Source of the DNA: Balanoglossus misakiensis
Taxonomy: Eukaryota > Animalia > Hemichordata
NCBI GenBank assembly: GCA_040954595.2
Contig: CM082589.2
Location: 5,639,186-5,703,185, forward strand
Length of the DNA stretch: 64,000 bases
Direction of reading: 5' to 3'
The notes beneath the pieces were generated by a model. That model had not been told where the DNA came from and ran no database searches. It worked only from the letters and a program-made list of their open reading frames with translations. How positions within the stretch are numbered: position 1 is the first letter of the stretch; the number at the start of each line of letters is the position of its first letter. The position numbers and the translations under genes were made by a program. Positions 15,401-29,421 of the stretch are shown here, piece by piece.

Positions 15401-15659
15401 ACGTCACAACAACGAAAAAACTCATCCTAATTCCTGTCTTCTCAGTCAAGGCTTCCATGTTCGTGGGGAGTATAACAAATAAGAAAAATCTTATTTTTTG
15501 TCAAATACTGCTACAAAAACCAAAACACTGCGTAACTAAATGTCAGATAAATAACATATTATTGTGATTCCGCACATACGCCTAGAACTTGAAGACAGTG
15601 TTTTTACTATAGGTATAGGGTCGTTGTACTTTAGAAGTTTCTTGCGACAACTGCGTGTT

Positions 15660-16020
15660 GTCAGCATGCGCAGTAGATGCGTTTCGGGACTGACTACCTG
15701 AACTTTGTGGCACTATAGGGCAAAGCTGTATTAACCGCCATCTTGAAAACCGCGGTGACAGCGGAAAGCGTTTTTACTGTCTGTGGGGGTGTGGCCTCGA
15801 AAGAAACTGTCGCTGGTAGAGATATACATGTACATGTATCATGCACAGATTTCGTTCCATTCCGGGACAAAGGGAAGATAAGATCACACGTGGGCGTGTA
15901 GGTTGGCATTTGACAATAATCTCTTCAGATGATTAATCCGAGAATTTTCAAAAAAAGACCATAACTTCAGCGTGGACATTTGTATTAAAGATTTTGGAGG
16001 TCACGTGGGATGACGTATAA
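15660..16020. promoter_or_regulatory. Promoter/enhancer-like motif cluster
   Basis: GCATGCGCA (NRF1-like) at about 15664, CCGCCATCTT (YY1) at about 15735, GGGGTGTGG (KLF-like) at about 15786, CACGTG E-boxes at about 15887 and 16003, GGGCGTG GC-box. No coding exon is attached. Confidence 0.35.
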
Positions 16021-19000
16021 TATAGTGAGCCTCGGATGATGACAAGGGACGTAATTATTTTGTCAGAGCCACGGTAGATACAATTTTCGCCTTGATGGAA
16101 TGACTCCTGGATAAGCATAATAAAAGATGGACAAACGACTGGGGTTATTAGCAGCGGGGAACTATTGGGATCCGAGGCAAATCGAAAGAGCGAGCGAAAG
16201 GAAGTGAAAAGAAAAGGGAGGCGTGGTCACCAACCGGTCTGCGCATTGTCAGAAAAGTCTCACGTATTTACTGAAGCTCCGCACCCTGTATTTTTTCAGC
16301 TGTTTTTTTTTTTTATTTTTTTTTTTGAGTCACCGAGATAAACACGTTTGGGATCTTCCAGTTGAGGTATTAGCGCTACCACGGCGGGGAGCCTAAGCGC
16401 TCGTTATAATCCCTTTGTAATCTTTTGTTCGCTATTTGTTTTCCGATTTTTTCAAGACACAAGAAATAAAACAACACGGGCTCGACGTCTACCCGGTCAC
16501 AGACGTCCATTGTCCCGGCAGATAACACCGATACATGCTGCATTGACTCTGACCTTGGAAGTTGTCGAGTATTGAGCGTAATTTCGCCCCCCCCCCCCCC
16601 CTCTCCATCCACCCCCGACACGCTCATGAAAGTAAAAAGCGATTCGGCTCACCAGGTTGACAACAGCAGTAATAACTTGCCCCATATACTACTCCGTGAA
16701 ATGGGAATCGGATTTGAAATTTTATGGCAAAACGATCCCACAGAAAAGCACTGTTTATATGCACTCCAGAATACTCCCTTCAAAACATTATCATATTTCC
16801 GTCTACGATAATCTTTCCTTGTCGTAACTGTTAGCGCACTACGAAACTTCGTGTTATCTGCTATCATCACCAAAGATTAGTTTTCGAAGGTCTCGAGTTA
16901 TTTCAATCGCCAAATTCTCTTGTGATAAGAATAATCTGCATTAGTGGACGGGGAGAGAGTAATTGCCATTCCCAGAGTGACACAAGAAAAAATGTCTGAC
17001 ACACACGTGGTCGCCATGACCAGCGGAACACACAGGTAATTGTTTACCCGTCACTCAAACCACGCCGAGTTGCACATCTTTTGGAGTGGAGGGCAGAAAA
17101 TACCATTCCTTCGATAGGCGACGCAGATAACTTCTTGATAAAATTGGTATTCATTACGATAAAGAATAGATTATTTATAAAAGCGGTTGGATTATCTGTG
17201 GCTATAGAAGCGCCCAACAAAGGCAGCGCGGAGACTACAATGGATTGTTTATTCAGGTGTTTTGTGAAAGGGGGAGGGCGAGTTCGTCCTGGCTGCATCG
17301 TGGGAGACTCTCACGCACGCTGTTCTTGTCAGAACCCGGCCACCTGATTTCCAGCTCTCGTCTTCCCAACACAACCTTTAATTGCGCCGCCGGAGAGAGT
17401 GACGCGCCCCCTAATTTGTACAGAACGTCGTTTACGAATCGATTAACGGGAATGCTTGATTCAAAACGCGTGGCGCGGACGAGAGAGCTGGAGTCGAGAC
17501 CCGGCTTCGTCCGCTAGACTGCCCCGGCTGGCCGCCCTCGCTCGCTCGCTCGCCACCCCAATCGCATAATAGGAGAGAGTGAGAGAACAAGCTGACAATA
17601 GAAGTCAAAGTCATACCGAGGTATATGATGGTGTCATAGATGCTCCGGCACAATAACGGCCGTCGCATCATTTCCATTTAACGATGCATTGATACAGTCG
17701 CCATGACAACCCTTTTCACTGAATTCTTGCGCGGCTTCCACTTCACCCTCGAACACAACGACATCGTCACGGCCAGGGAAGCCCTATTGTACTCTGATTT
17801 CTCACCCAGACACTGCACTGTTCTCCATCTTTGTTCCGCATCTCTTTAGCCTATTCAAAAGTCTCGTCACCTTTAGGCGAATGGAATGATAACGCGATTG
17901 GCACTATAATTGGAAATATTTGAAGTGTGTGCAGAATCTCTAAAATGATCATGCATGCACATTTGCCTTATTTATTTAGTAATTTCGCATATATTCTTCA
18001 ATATTTGCTCATTTACCCCATCAAACACTGATGATGCATTTAAAAATAATTTAAACCAGTGGTACAACTCTATAGCAGGACTGATCTGGACCGGATTTTG
18101 CCTCTTTTATTAATTGTATGTTTTCGGAGACGAGTAATCATTAACTGAAGTGGGGTTCGAGTATCTATGAAAATCTGCATGAAAATTCTAATCATAGATC
18201 TTTTGATATACTGAGTGGGCCAAAATCTCTGATGAAACCGGCAAGTAATTTGAGAGATTTTGTGCCCATTTCAACGACATCCAGTTAACCAAAAATCTTC
18301 AGGATCTACAAGGTCCACAGAAGCGCGGTACTTCTTGCGTCGTGACCATAATTGTTGATACTGTTATGTTTTCAATGTTCAGGTCACCCCAAGCCAGTTC
18401 TGAAATATCGTTTTCATGCTTATACGGAGTTGTGGAAATCACCGACGAAAAACCCTGTAGGTGCATAGGGCAACTGTTAATTCGTTAATTTATAATTTCG
18501 TTGAGTTCTATTATGGGTGTTGGATGAAATGCGCGTTAATCTTCCTGAGTGTAGTCGGTAATTTGTTTGTTTTTGAGATTGCGAATCGCGACCTCGTATT
18601 GACTCGTTCGTGGGTCGTTATTTTCCAATCAAGATAACGATCGGTACGTCGTGTACGTTTAGAGTGGAGATCTGAGATCTGAGGCCGACAATCTCAGCCA
18701 AGAATAACGTGATTTTTTTATCATTATTGCTTTCACATTTCCATCAATATATAATGTAAGTGCCGTTGATGAGGAATGTGATTATTTTAGATATTGCATC
18801 GAAGACGTCGACGCGTTGGTGTGATCACGACAGGAAAACGAGATTTGGGAATCTTCGACAGTAGCGAGCAGACAGATTTAACACCTGATTGTTGACAAAA
18901 TAGCGGAGTTGTGGGTATTCCCAGCTCACGATTCCTCTCATGTGCGTGGCGAAGATTTGGCAAATATAGATGCCGCCATCATGATGGAAATTAACACTGA

Positions 19001-22000
19001 AGTGAGAAAAATGGACTTCCTACCATTTTCGTTTTATCGGAGGAAACACGCCCCGAAAGTGATGACGTCAAGAAGGTGTCCCTTCAAAAGGACACAACCG
19101 AAACTGATGACGTCAAGGAATGTAGCGACGTCAACCCATGTGTCGCCAAAGCTGAAAAATCCGCGATTCACTAAAAAATAAACTTTATGAAGTTCACCCG
19201 GCCAGTGTGCACCCCCCCCCCCCCTGCGCGCGCATGTTTTAATTGATGGGCTGTCAGTAACCCGGATGCACCTGTGGCCGGTCTATCGTTGAAACAATGG
19301 GAATCTAATTGCGGTGATAATGGCAACAGAAAGATGTCAAATTTCCGGGAAAATGGTGATTTTATGCTTTGCGAATATATAACGCTACTAGCTGTCAATC
19401 ACAAACAATTACTTCGTACGCGGTATTGTCCCCACATACACTAAACTTTTTTTTCTCCGCACAAAGGAAGATAGCGATGTATGGGCATGGCTGATGCGTT
19501 CTTTTATGTACAAAATCCGTTTCCCTATTGTCTGCGTCGTTCTTCGGGGCACGGTGTGAAGTACAATAATGTACGGCCGGGCTTCAGTTGGAAGCTGGCC
19601 GTAAAATTGCAATTAGATCATGTCGACTGATCCATCAGGTGGTTCCGGGATATCTCGCACTGAGCGAGAGTTCTCGCATGCAGGTGTACGTGATCTCTGC
19701 GTCTTTTTTTAAATAAAAAAAAACTTCTCAGCAATGAATTTGCACGCGTTTGTCATAATTGCAAAATACATACAGCTGCGAGGTCGATTTGTGAAAGGGG
19801 ATTTTCTGCCTCTAATTTAGCGGAAAATTACTTCGACCGTCGCGAGTGTCGGCCATTGTCTGTTGGGCCGTGTCCCAAATTAGCAGGGCTTAGCGTTCTA
19901 GCTAAATTAGCCGTGAAATGGTCCAGCCAGGAGTGTCGTGTTTAGAAACATTAGTGTTTGAAAACCGGTACTTTGCTCGCCTTTGTTATTTTTTGGCGTT
20001 GTCCGGCGGTGGTGCGGTTTCTTTAAGACGCAACGCAGCATTTAGCCAATCAGAGAAACTGTCGCTCCGGGTCGGACCAGGGTCTATTGGCCAATATGGA
20101 ATCAAGACTGTCCGGTGTTTTTATGTGACATCAAATATTTGCTAGAACGAACCCAAATAATCTTTACGAGTTTACCTTTGTTCAAAATTCATTTCTCGTC
20201 TTTCCTTATCTCTTTTGACGCATGTGCATCCGTTATGATGTGGCGGTCCTTTCATTGACAAATTATGTAGTGTGGTTGATTAAAACATGATGACAGATTT
20301 TGGATGCTGCTTGGGAAGAAAACTGGCAAAGGCCGGACGTCATTAAACAAACAAGGTGTGACAACTATACTTGTTTTTGATTTTGAAAACACATGAGCAA
20401 AATACGCTAATCTAATTGAATTGACCCCAAAAACAAACAAACAATCAACCAACCAACCAACAAAGAAACAAACATTGTAAAACAATATTTTGTATGACTT
20501 TGTCACAATACGCCAATTATAATTTTGGTTCTCATTGTACATCACACCTTTCGTGTGACAGCTAAACGCATCACCTTTGAAAAATAACCAGCACAATTGA
20601 CAAAGAATTCAACGATCATGTCGTTTTCACTGCAGCGTTTGTTCATGAATATTACAGTATGGTGATTTTATTTCCGTGGGTACACCAAAATGGCAACTCA
20701 CATTTAACGCGATTAAAGTCACTTGTGCGGGCGGAGTGTCCGTAATGAGACCCCTGAGGTCAAGAATAGAATAGAATAGAATATCTACAGGTTCCCTGAT
20801 ACCGTGCATGCAGATGCGGGGTTACCGCAACAAAAGTAAGTGCCCCACGAGGGCAATTATACAAATCAAACATTTGTAGAAGGTTAATAATAGCCGTTGA
20901 GTCTACTGAGCACACCCCTGCCATTTTAGCACAGCTGGTCGGGTTACATTTTAATGGTGGCCCACGTACACTGCCACTGGACCGTTTGGGGGAAACCAAT
21001 TGAATTTGGAGGCGGGTCAGTCAAATATGGGTGCCACCACTCAGGACCGAAACGGTTTTTATCGAAACAATACCGAAAGCGAATTAGTGAAGTGGCACGT
21101 CTTGTGAAAATCTTACAAGAAACAGACGCTGGAAAGTAAAAAAAAAGTGCCGAGAAAGAAACTCCCCAAGATGCAGTACATCCATTTATAATTCGTTTAC
21201 ATAATATAGTTTTCCCTACCAGCAAGTGTTTGGTGCATAAATAGCATCAGCAGCCTTCTCGGAGACAAGAATAAAAATTGACAAGATGGCACAACAATTC
21301 TAACGCCTCTACACTGGACGGCCTAAACTGTATTTGTCCGTCCAACAGAGTTGCCATTGACCACGGTCATCCCACTTCAGCGACAGTGCAAATGGGTGGA
21401 CAGACCGTGCACTGACTTTCAACGCAGTCCATCTGCATAGCCACAGAAGCTGAGCATACGGACAAGCTTTTCCCACCTGCGATTTTTTCCTGTGTGATAA
21501 TTTCTTGATCCCTCAAAGGAAATAAAATTGGATTGTAATCTTCGTGAGAAAGTCGATAATTTTGCTATTCGCTCGGGGAGAGGGGCCATTACTTGGAATT
21601 ATACTGATATCATGGAGAACTCTACTGCCGCGTAGAGGCACCTGTGTTTACACGGAGATTTTCAATTTTGGTATTGTTTTAAGCTACTTAATCGGCCTAG
21701 GGGGTCCAATTAACAAGGGCAGCTGATTGTGGGTGATAATTATGCCCTTGTGGTCATGGAAACAAAAGGACACTCGACACCAGATGTGGCAAAATCTCTG
21801 TGAAACGCAGATGTTCGGGGCATGCTGAAGAATGGTGGAAGATTGTTGTGAGATGGGCGCAATTATCACCGTGTATATTACCTTGGTGTGAAGTTCGCGG
21901 GGAATTATACCCGAGTTGCAATCTCATTTAAATCAGATGTAGCGTTAACAGCCAAGACAGAGAACCGAACATCCAAAGCTGTCACCAGCGCCTAACTCTA

Positions 22001-25000
22001 AAACCGGCCATGGACAGTCAGGGGGCGGACAGAGGGACGGACAGACAAACAGATAGACATCTGATCCGCCATCACTACAAAAAAACTCTTCCAATATTTT
22101 AACTTTACACAGTGAAAATTTTCTACACGAATTATTTGCTCTCTAGCGCCGGTTCTGAGACGGATAAAAAAAATCCCTGTTGGGCTGTTTGGTTTTCTCA
22201 CGCAGTCTTTTGATCAATTCCTTTTTTCAAAGACAATCCCACTATAGAAAAAATGACTATTAAAATGCATTGTCGACAAACAATGCGTCAAACATTTGCT
22301 GATTATGTTTCGATTTCAAGAGGTTTTACCCGCTTTTGTTCGACAATGTACATTTATTGGTTTATCATTGATGTTTTTTTCATGGAACAATGATGTTACA
22401 TTCGGCGTGTACTGACTTTGGAATAAAAACCGGGCTGCGGTTATCTGCTAGAAATATACATTGCCATCATCGTCCCCCCCCTCACGATCAGCTAGGATTC
22501 ATAGCATCATACAATTGATCCTATAGGCTATGATCCTATGTCGATATAGGTTAAGTAAGGGTGTCGATTGGGTATTGTTGGTAAAATCTCGAAGAAACGC
22601 CGAACGCAGTAAACGATGAACGCACCATAACATCCGGGACCCCCGCTCCAAAAGGGATGGAGATCTCGCCTGACCCCGGTTTCAGTGTCACGTCACGTGA
22701 TTGCGCGTGATGAGAAGTTGTAAAAAAGATTTACCGTCGTGATTACACCGGGTGTAAACGACGTAAACTTGCAATGAATCTTGTTTTATCAGTTGTGCAA
22801 GTTTACGATCTTTGGACTTGATTTATTGCATCGCCGTGTTGTATAACCAGGGCGCAGGGAAAAACAACGCGGACCAAGATTAAACCCAATATGTGGTTTA
22901 CCTGTTGACTATAGAAACGTTCTCTGCAAATTTGAAGGTGTGGTCGCGCTCGTCGCATGTGCGCACAGCGTCCCTGTCTGACAAGTGTGTGTGTTTAGCA
23001 AACACTAGTCTCTTCTCTACATACCATCCATGTGTAACACCTTGCCTGAAAAGCGTCGATACTCTCTTTTATGACGGCGGGACAATGGAAAGATGGTTGT
23101 TAACAAAGATATCAATGACCTGTAGTAGCCGTGAAGTGATGCACGACCTTCAAAGGCGACAGAATCTCTTCAAAAACACGGTGTCCATTCTTCACCTGGA
23201 CACAAAAGACCCAACAACAATGACTTGAATGCACACCCAAGAGACCTCACCAAGAAGCTCGCCAGATGGTGGAACTTGAAATTTCTTTTTTTTTCGCGCT
23301 TCTTTTTGTCTCTCTCCTGAAGTGTGAAAACAGTTTAATGAGAGGTGGCGTTCATTGTCGACAGAGAAACAAATAACGAGGAAGGCTCAGCGATTCGACC
23401 TTCTAATGGTTTGGCTTCACTGGTTTTTGCCAAAACACGCAGTATCCACGGTCTCTGAGTATATACTCATTATCCTGATTATAAACGCAGTGACTAGATA
23501 TATAGTGTCTCCCCTGTCTGATATTTCGAACGAAGACACGGCGTTATGTCGGCGACAAGTGATAATCGCTTACGGGTTGTTCACGCCAGCCTGAGAATCG
23601 CTATCCTTTCGGAGGCGACTGCAGACGCCAGCAAGCCCTCCGCGCATCATGCAACACTTGGCAAACGGCTGGATGTCTGAACATCTACCAATTTACTAAT
23701 AGAAGGGTTGTAGACAGTATATTTTGTGTACACAACTTATTATGTGAACATGGAAGCAAAAGTGTCCCATTCTACAGCACAGCTCTGCGTTGGTACACGG
23801 CCACTGGTAAAAGCATGTGAGCAGAAAATTGAGAAATTTAAAATAACTTATAATGACTACTAATGTCACACGTTACAGGCGACACACTTGACATTTGCGC
23901 ACCTTCCGTGCGCAGGAACTACAAGATCTCCACGCAGTCACGACCGAGGAATCGCGTGTATGCAAATGACTGAAACGGACACCTGTTTCAATTACGGAGA
24001 TAAGGGGGTTCAGCAATTAAAACAGGGCGATAAGATGTTTCCACAGTGATACAAAATCAGTGGTTGTTGAGATAACGACGGTGTCTATTAGCGCACGTGT
24101 GTTTACATTTTCCAGTCGACTGTTTTGCCAGGAAACCATTGGCAGAGAGTGGGAGAGACCGACGTGATCACACCTAACAACGGATCACGCGGATGGTATA
24201 GAAGTCACCAAAACTGCACTGCAAATTATTAAATCTACACTCTGGTCCTAAGTGACAATACAATAATGATATAAAAATTCTTATTTCTATATAAATGACA
24301 TCATCATTTGGCTATTTCCGTAAAGGGGCTATATTGATCTGCTGGGTCTTAGCAATTTTCGGCACCTTTGTAAATACATGTACTGACTTAGAGAGAAAAT
24401 GGATCAGAGTTGAAATAAATTACGGATCTCGCTGCTAGCCTCGCTTGTTTGCGACCACGAGGCCGCGATGCTTGCATGTACCTGCGACTATGTTAATTTA
24501 TACAAGCGCAGATAGCGGGCTATAAAACAACGGCGGCCAAGTCATAAAATCGTAAAACACGAATTCCCCATGACGTGCGTGTTCGCTATGTCATGAATGT
24601 TATATATCTAACCGTTATTTGTGAAAAGACGTACCAAGCAGATTTAATATATCTTTCGAAAAATTCTGCGTTTTCTTTATTTTTATCGATGATTAATATC
24701 ACCTATATTAATCTTAGAATATCAGATATATACATGAACCACGGAACAGGAAGAGTATGGCCAAGATTGAGAGGCAGAACTTAAAAGTCGTCAATGAATC
24801 AGAGTGTAAAGGTCAAAGTTCGTGACATCATTACCCGCTGACAGACTGGATTGAAAGAATCTAGAATGTGGATGATAAAATGGGAAAATCAATCAACAGC
24901 CTGTAAAACTGATAGCCTTCGTAACAAGATACATATTTGACTTCATCGCAGCCTTTGTGCAGCAAGCCTATCGGATATCTCACGCACTAATACTACAACT

Positions 25001-25065
25001 GAAATAAGCCAAGCAACAACACTGAGAACAGGTCATGCCGAGTTGATTTTGTGTGTGACAAAGAT

Positions 25066-25084
25066 ATGATGATGATGGTGATGG

Positions 25085-25160
<76 letters not shown>

Positions 25161-25182
25161 TCAAAGTTCATCATCATCATCG

Positions 25183-25275
<93 letters not shown>
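25066..25275. repeat. Inverted trinucleotide microsatellite (ATG)n - 10 bp spacer - (CAT)n
   Basis: About 30 ATG units (25066-25157), spacer TTTTCAAAGT, then about 36 TCA units (25168-25275), followed by a short CAA run. Confidence 0.95.
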
Positions 25276-28090
25276 ACAACAACAACAAGACCATCATCGT
25301 CGACGTCTGATCGTGCCTGATCGAAATACTACAGTTACTGTTCTATGCACCCAGAAGGCAGTCACCGTTCCTAATGGACGGGTTTAGTTGTAACTTTGTA
25401 AGTACGGCTAAAGAGCAAATATGCCCGCGGAATTTCCCACAAATGCATTTAAATGTCACCGACATCGAAACACGATTGTCTCCCTCTGTCAGATGCTTGA
25501 CAGAAACACAAGTTACCATGGTAATCCCTATGGAAGTCGCGGATGCATTTAAAGAAGGAAGACGAGTTTCAGCAGTGATTTTACATTGCGTTGCCAAGAA
25601 ACGTGCTGGTTGTTTGGATTTGATGAAGAGACAACGCGGTTATTACGTCATCACCTGGACAGCCAATGATGTCATGACAAATACTAGTCAGAAATGCAGG
25701 CGCCTCCATCTCCTTCGCGAGGCCCAACCTTCTGCTCAGAGCAGCGTCCAGCTTCTAAAACAGAACACCCAAGAATAACGCTGGTATTACAGATTGACTG
25801 CGTAATCCTGCGTAACACAATTTATCGATACAAGCTGAAATAGTTGGACCTTGGACCACAGGCAAAGAGCAAATCTTGACCCATGAACACATTTCGACGG
25901 GAATATGTATCCCGTCAGCTTCTCTGAAGAGACTGTGTCACTCGCCGTTTCACACTCAAAATGGACGAAAAATGTCCTATATTGTAGTCGTGAGTACTAG
26001 TAACTCTCGTACCCACAGCCGTATAACTTGTCTCTTCAGAGACTGTGCTACCGCAGAAAGAAACCAAACGACAAAAAGGTGAAAAGTGAATATTTCCCCA
26101 ACCCATATTCATGCCATATAAAATCCAAATTTTGAGAGAATACCTGGACCATTGGTTGTTATGCAGTGATCAGGGACTGCAGATGCGAATTATGCCCGTT
26201 TTAAAACAAAACAGGGAAAACTTCGTATACCAGACTCAATCATTTACACAATTATAACAATCGAATCAACGGAACGACAATAAACAATGCGTGTTGACAG
26301 CACCGGTGCCCGCCTTACGTTGTTTTAACAGCGTGGCGCTCCACCGACATTCCGTTTCCCGAAGACGACTTTTCAATTACACGCAGCTATAAAATTTTCA
26401 CTAAACCATGGAGTGTGTTGAATTAAATATCGCGTTTCCCTTCTTATGCAGAGGATTTGAAAAGATTTTCATCCGTATTATCAATAATACACGAAGAGAA
26501 GCATGCAGCGTCACACTACATCCGCCAGAAATTTATCACGAAATTTCAGATAATTTTCGGGTCGCGACCATCCTACCGAAGTAGACGACATATTGTTGAA
26601 TGCACTGATGTGAAAATGACCATCGACCAGAAATGACCAGCAAAACAAAGCGGAGAAAAAAATAGTAACGACAAGAAACCGTATAATAACTCTCATATAT
26701 GTCAGCTCAAATTGTATTTATTGTCGTCGTGACAATCGTAGATAATATCGCAGTCCCGGCATATTATCCTAAGACATCGTGGATATCAAATTGTCATCAT
26801 TTACAAATGGAACATTTCCACGGCCCTTCAAACTAAGCCCGATTTGTCAAGATCGGGAGGGAAAAGAAAAGCTACTTTTGTCTGTCGCAGATTTGATAAA
26901 AAAATTAAGGTTGCGTAATTAAGATCGTTGCTAGGGTAACAGTGACTTCGTTCGCACTGAGCAAAAGTTAGCAAATCGCTGGCGTGGATGGCCGATGTGG
27001 ACGTTGATAACAAATTATACATTTTTTTCTGTCATTTATGTTCATTTTGGCGTAATGCAACTACATGTCGAATTGATGTTTCGGTCTAGGAGAAAATATA
27101 CGTGTGTAGTGCGCGATGTTCTCTGATAAAAAAAAACGTCGCCGGTGTACACAATTTGGTGCTTTCTATTTTATGGCGCAGTATTTGCTAAATGGGGCAC
27201 ACCGGATCTGCAATATAGCCGAACGAAATGGACTTCCTGGTGAAAACCTTTGTTTGTCAGTAAACCATCTCTCGCAGCGAACGGATATGAAGTCTCCCCA
27301 CGTTGGAAAAAATGAATAATATTTACGCAGGGATCGTGTCAGTGGGAATTATAATTCTCATCTGCATATGAAAGGCGCAGTATGAGAAATGAATGACAGT
27401 TGCCTGGCAATTTTCTCGTTATTTATTCATATGCAAATAGCGATAATTTACCGCCACGCTCCGCTAATAGGGGGCTTCGTCAGCGATGTTTTGCAGGTGT
27501 GCGCTTCCAACGTGAGAACCCACTCCGAGAACGTCCACTATTGATCTACAAAACACGGCTTATTAGAAAAACATATCGTTTTAAAGCAAATTACACGTAT
27601 TCAAAATCGCAAATGCAATATTCATATATGTGCTCCAGACAAAAAAGTATGAAACGGTCCTTGCGACAGTAAAATGTCTCAAGAATACAGTTGTTTAGGC
27701 CTATTAGATTTTTTTGGATAAAAAAGTTCAACGCGGCATACGTTGGCTTTTATTTACAATGAATGTACATTATCAGCTCTCCCCGTCGTTATTGATTTTT
27801 AATTTTTAGCGTGAATATTTTTGTGGAGGTTTTGTCATATTAACAGACTTTATAAAATGCCGAATATTGATGTTTGGCGATACCCACATTCATCGGCGAC
27901 TTATTTTTCACCCTTAATATCACGGTGAAAAAGCCTTTGAAATCAAATCGAATTTTAATGGGGAAACTGTACTCGATTGTCACATCCCAAAGGTTTGAAT
28001 AAAAGGCTATCGGACTCAATTCAACTCAACGCTCGGTGTTCTCCACTCTGTCTGTCATTTTTGTTCGAGAAATAAATAAATGCTGATATT

Positions 28091-28410
28091 TCATACATAC
28101 ATTATTTCATACATACATACATACATACATACATACATACATACATACATACATACATACATACATACATACATACACACATACATACATACATACATAC
28201 ATACATACATACATACATACATACATACATACATACATACATACATACATACATACATACATACATACATACATACAGGCCGGCAGATAGACAAAAGAAA
28301 GACACACACACGCACAGACAGACAGACAGACACACACACACGCATAGACAGACACACATACATAAGCAGACAGACAAACAGACGGTCCGTTAGGCAGTCA
28401 GACAGACGGT
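28091..28410. repeat. (TACA)n array followed by degenerate (GACA/CA)n
   Basis: Directly visible; explains the spurious MYVC/YIHT ORFs. Confidence 0.95.
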
Positions 28411-29247
28411 TATGTAAGATTATGAGATTAGCGGAGAGAAAGAAACCCGTTATCAACAAAATTCCATAACATTTTGTGTAAAGCATAGATTTCACTTAGC
28501 GGGGAAATCCAACCATTATCGTCTAAATCCACATTGGTGATTAGACTACTACAAATCCATGACAACGTCAAAATGAATGATGACACTGTATGATGGCGTA
28601 TGATGCACATTTCGCCGATAAAAATCGGAGGAAAATCTCACCAGATTTAGGGAATCGTCGTGGAAAAGTACTGCAGAGAGGTTTGAACGAGAGATAAAGT
28701 CGCGAGATTTCACAAAGCGATCAGAGAACAACGATAAGCCGGGCAACGAGATGGAAAGGGTGGCCCTTATCGATGTTGCCAGTAATGCACGATAGCATCT
28801 ACGTCCCTGCAACCAATTGATTTATTAACAAATATTGCCGAGTAATAATTTCGTCCTCGGGGACGGATTACTGGGAGTTTTAGATGTGCGACACTATCGC
28901 TATCATTGTGACGTTCTTGCACTGCAAATTACCGCCCTAATGTGATTCGGTAGATTTTTCCGCAAAGTGGTAGACAATCCCCGCTCGCTATAGCGTTGAT
29001 GGTATCGCCGAAACCGTGTTTAGTGCAACGTATGAAATATTACAAGCACAGTAATGTAACCACCCTCCCACTTTTGATGTTCATTCGTGTCTGCTGTCGT
29101 TTCTTGTTCTATATAAAGGGACAACTTTCAATCCCCGCTTCTCGCGATCGCATTAGCGCTGGCTGACATTGAAAGTTTATGTGCTACAAATCATTTGTTT
29201 TCCATCGATATTTTTGAAAATTTGAACGAGGCGGAGTGGGTTTTTAA

Positions 29248-29421
29248 AGGTATACGGTCACCTCCAATTTACATATCGCCATATATAGTTGAAATGGCGT
29301 ATTTGAGTGTTCTAAAGAACGCTTTATTTTCGCGTGTGCCACCCACTGAAAATCTGTGATTGGTTAGATCTCGATTTACCATGGTAACTGTGGCTAAATT
29401 TGTATAGGTGACCGTATACCT
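29248..29421 (-). mobile_element. Kolobok-type MITE, family A, copy 1
   Basis: TTAA on both sides (29244-29247, 29422-29425); TIR AGGTATACGGTCACCT...AGGTGACCGTATACCT; internal sequence homologous, in inverted orientation, to the copies at 35114 and 56012. A TTAA TSD with AG...CT termini is characteristic of Kolobok elements. Confidence 0.8.

Noticed and set aside
24980-25320. Poly-Met / poly-Ser ORFs
   Set aside because: Translation of the (ATG)n/(CAT)n microsatellite.
28080-28495. MYVC/YIHT repeat ORFs (also at 54092-54405 and 63384-63577)
   Set aside because: Translations of tetranucleotide microsatellites.
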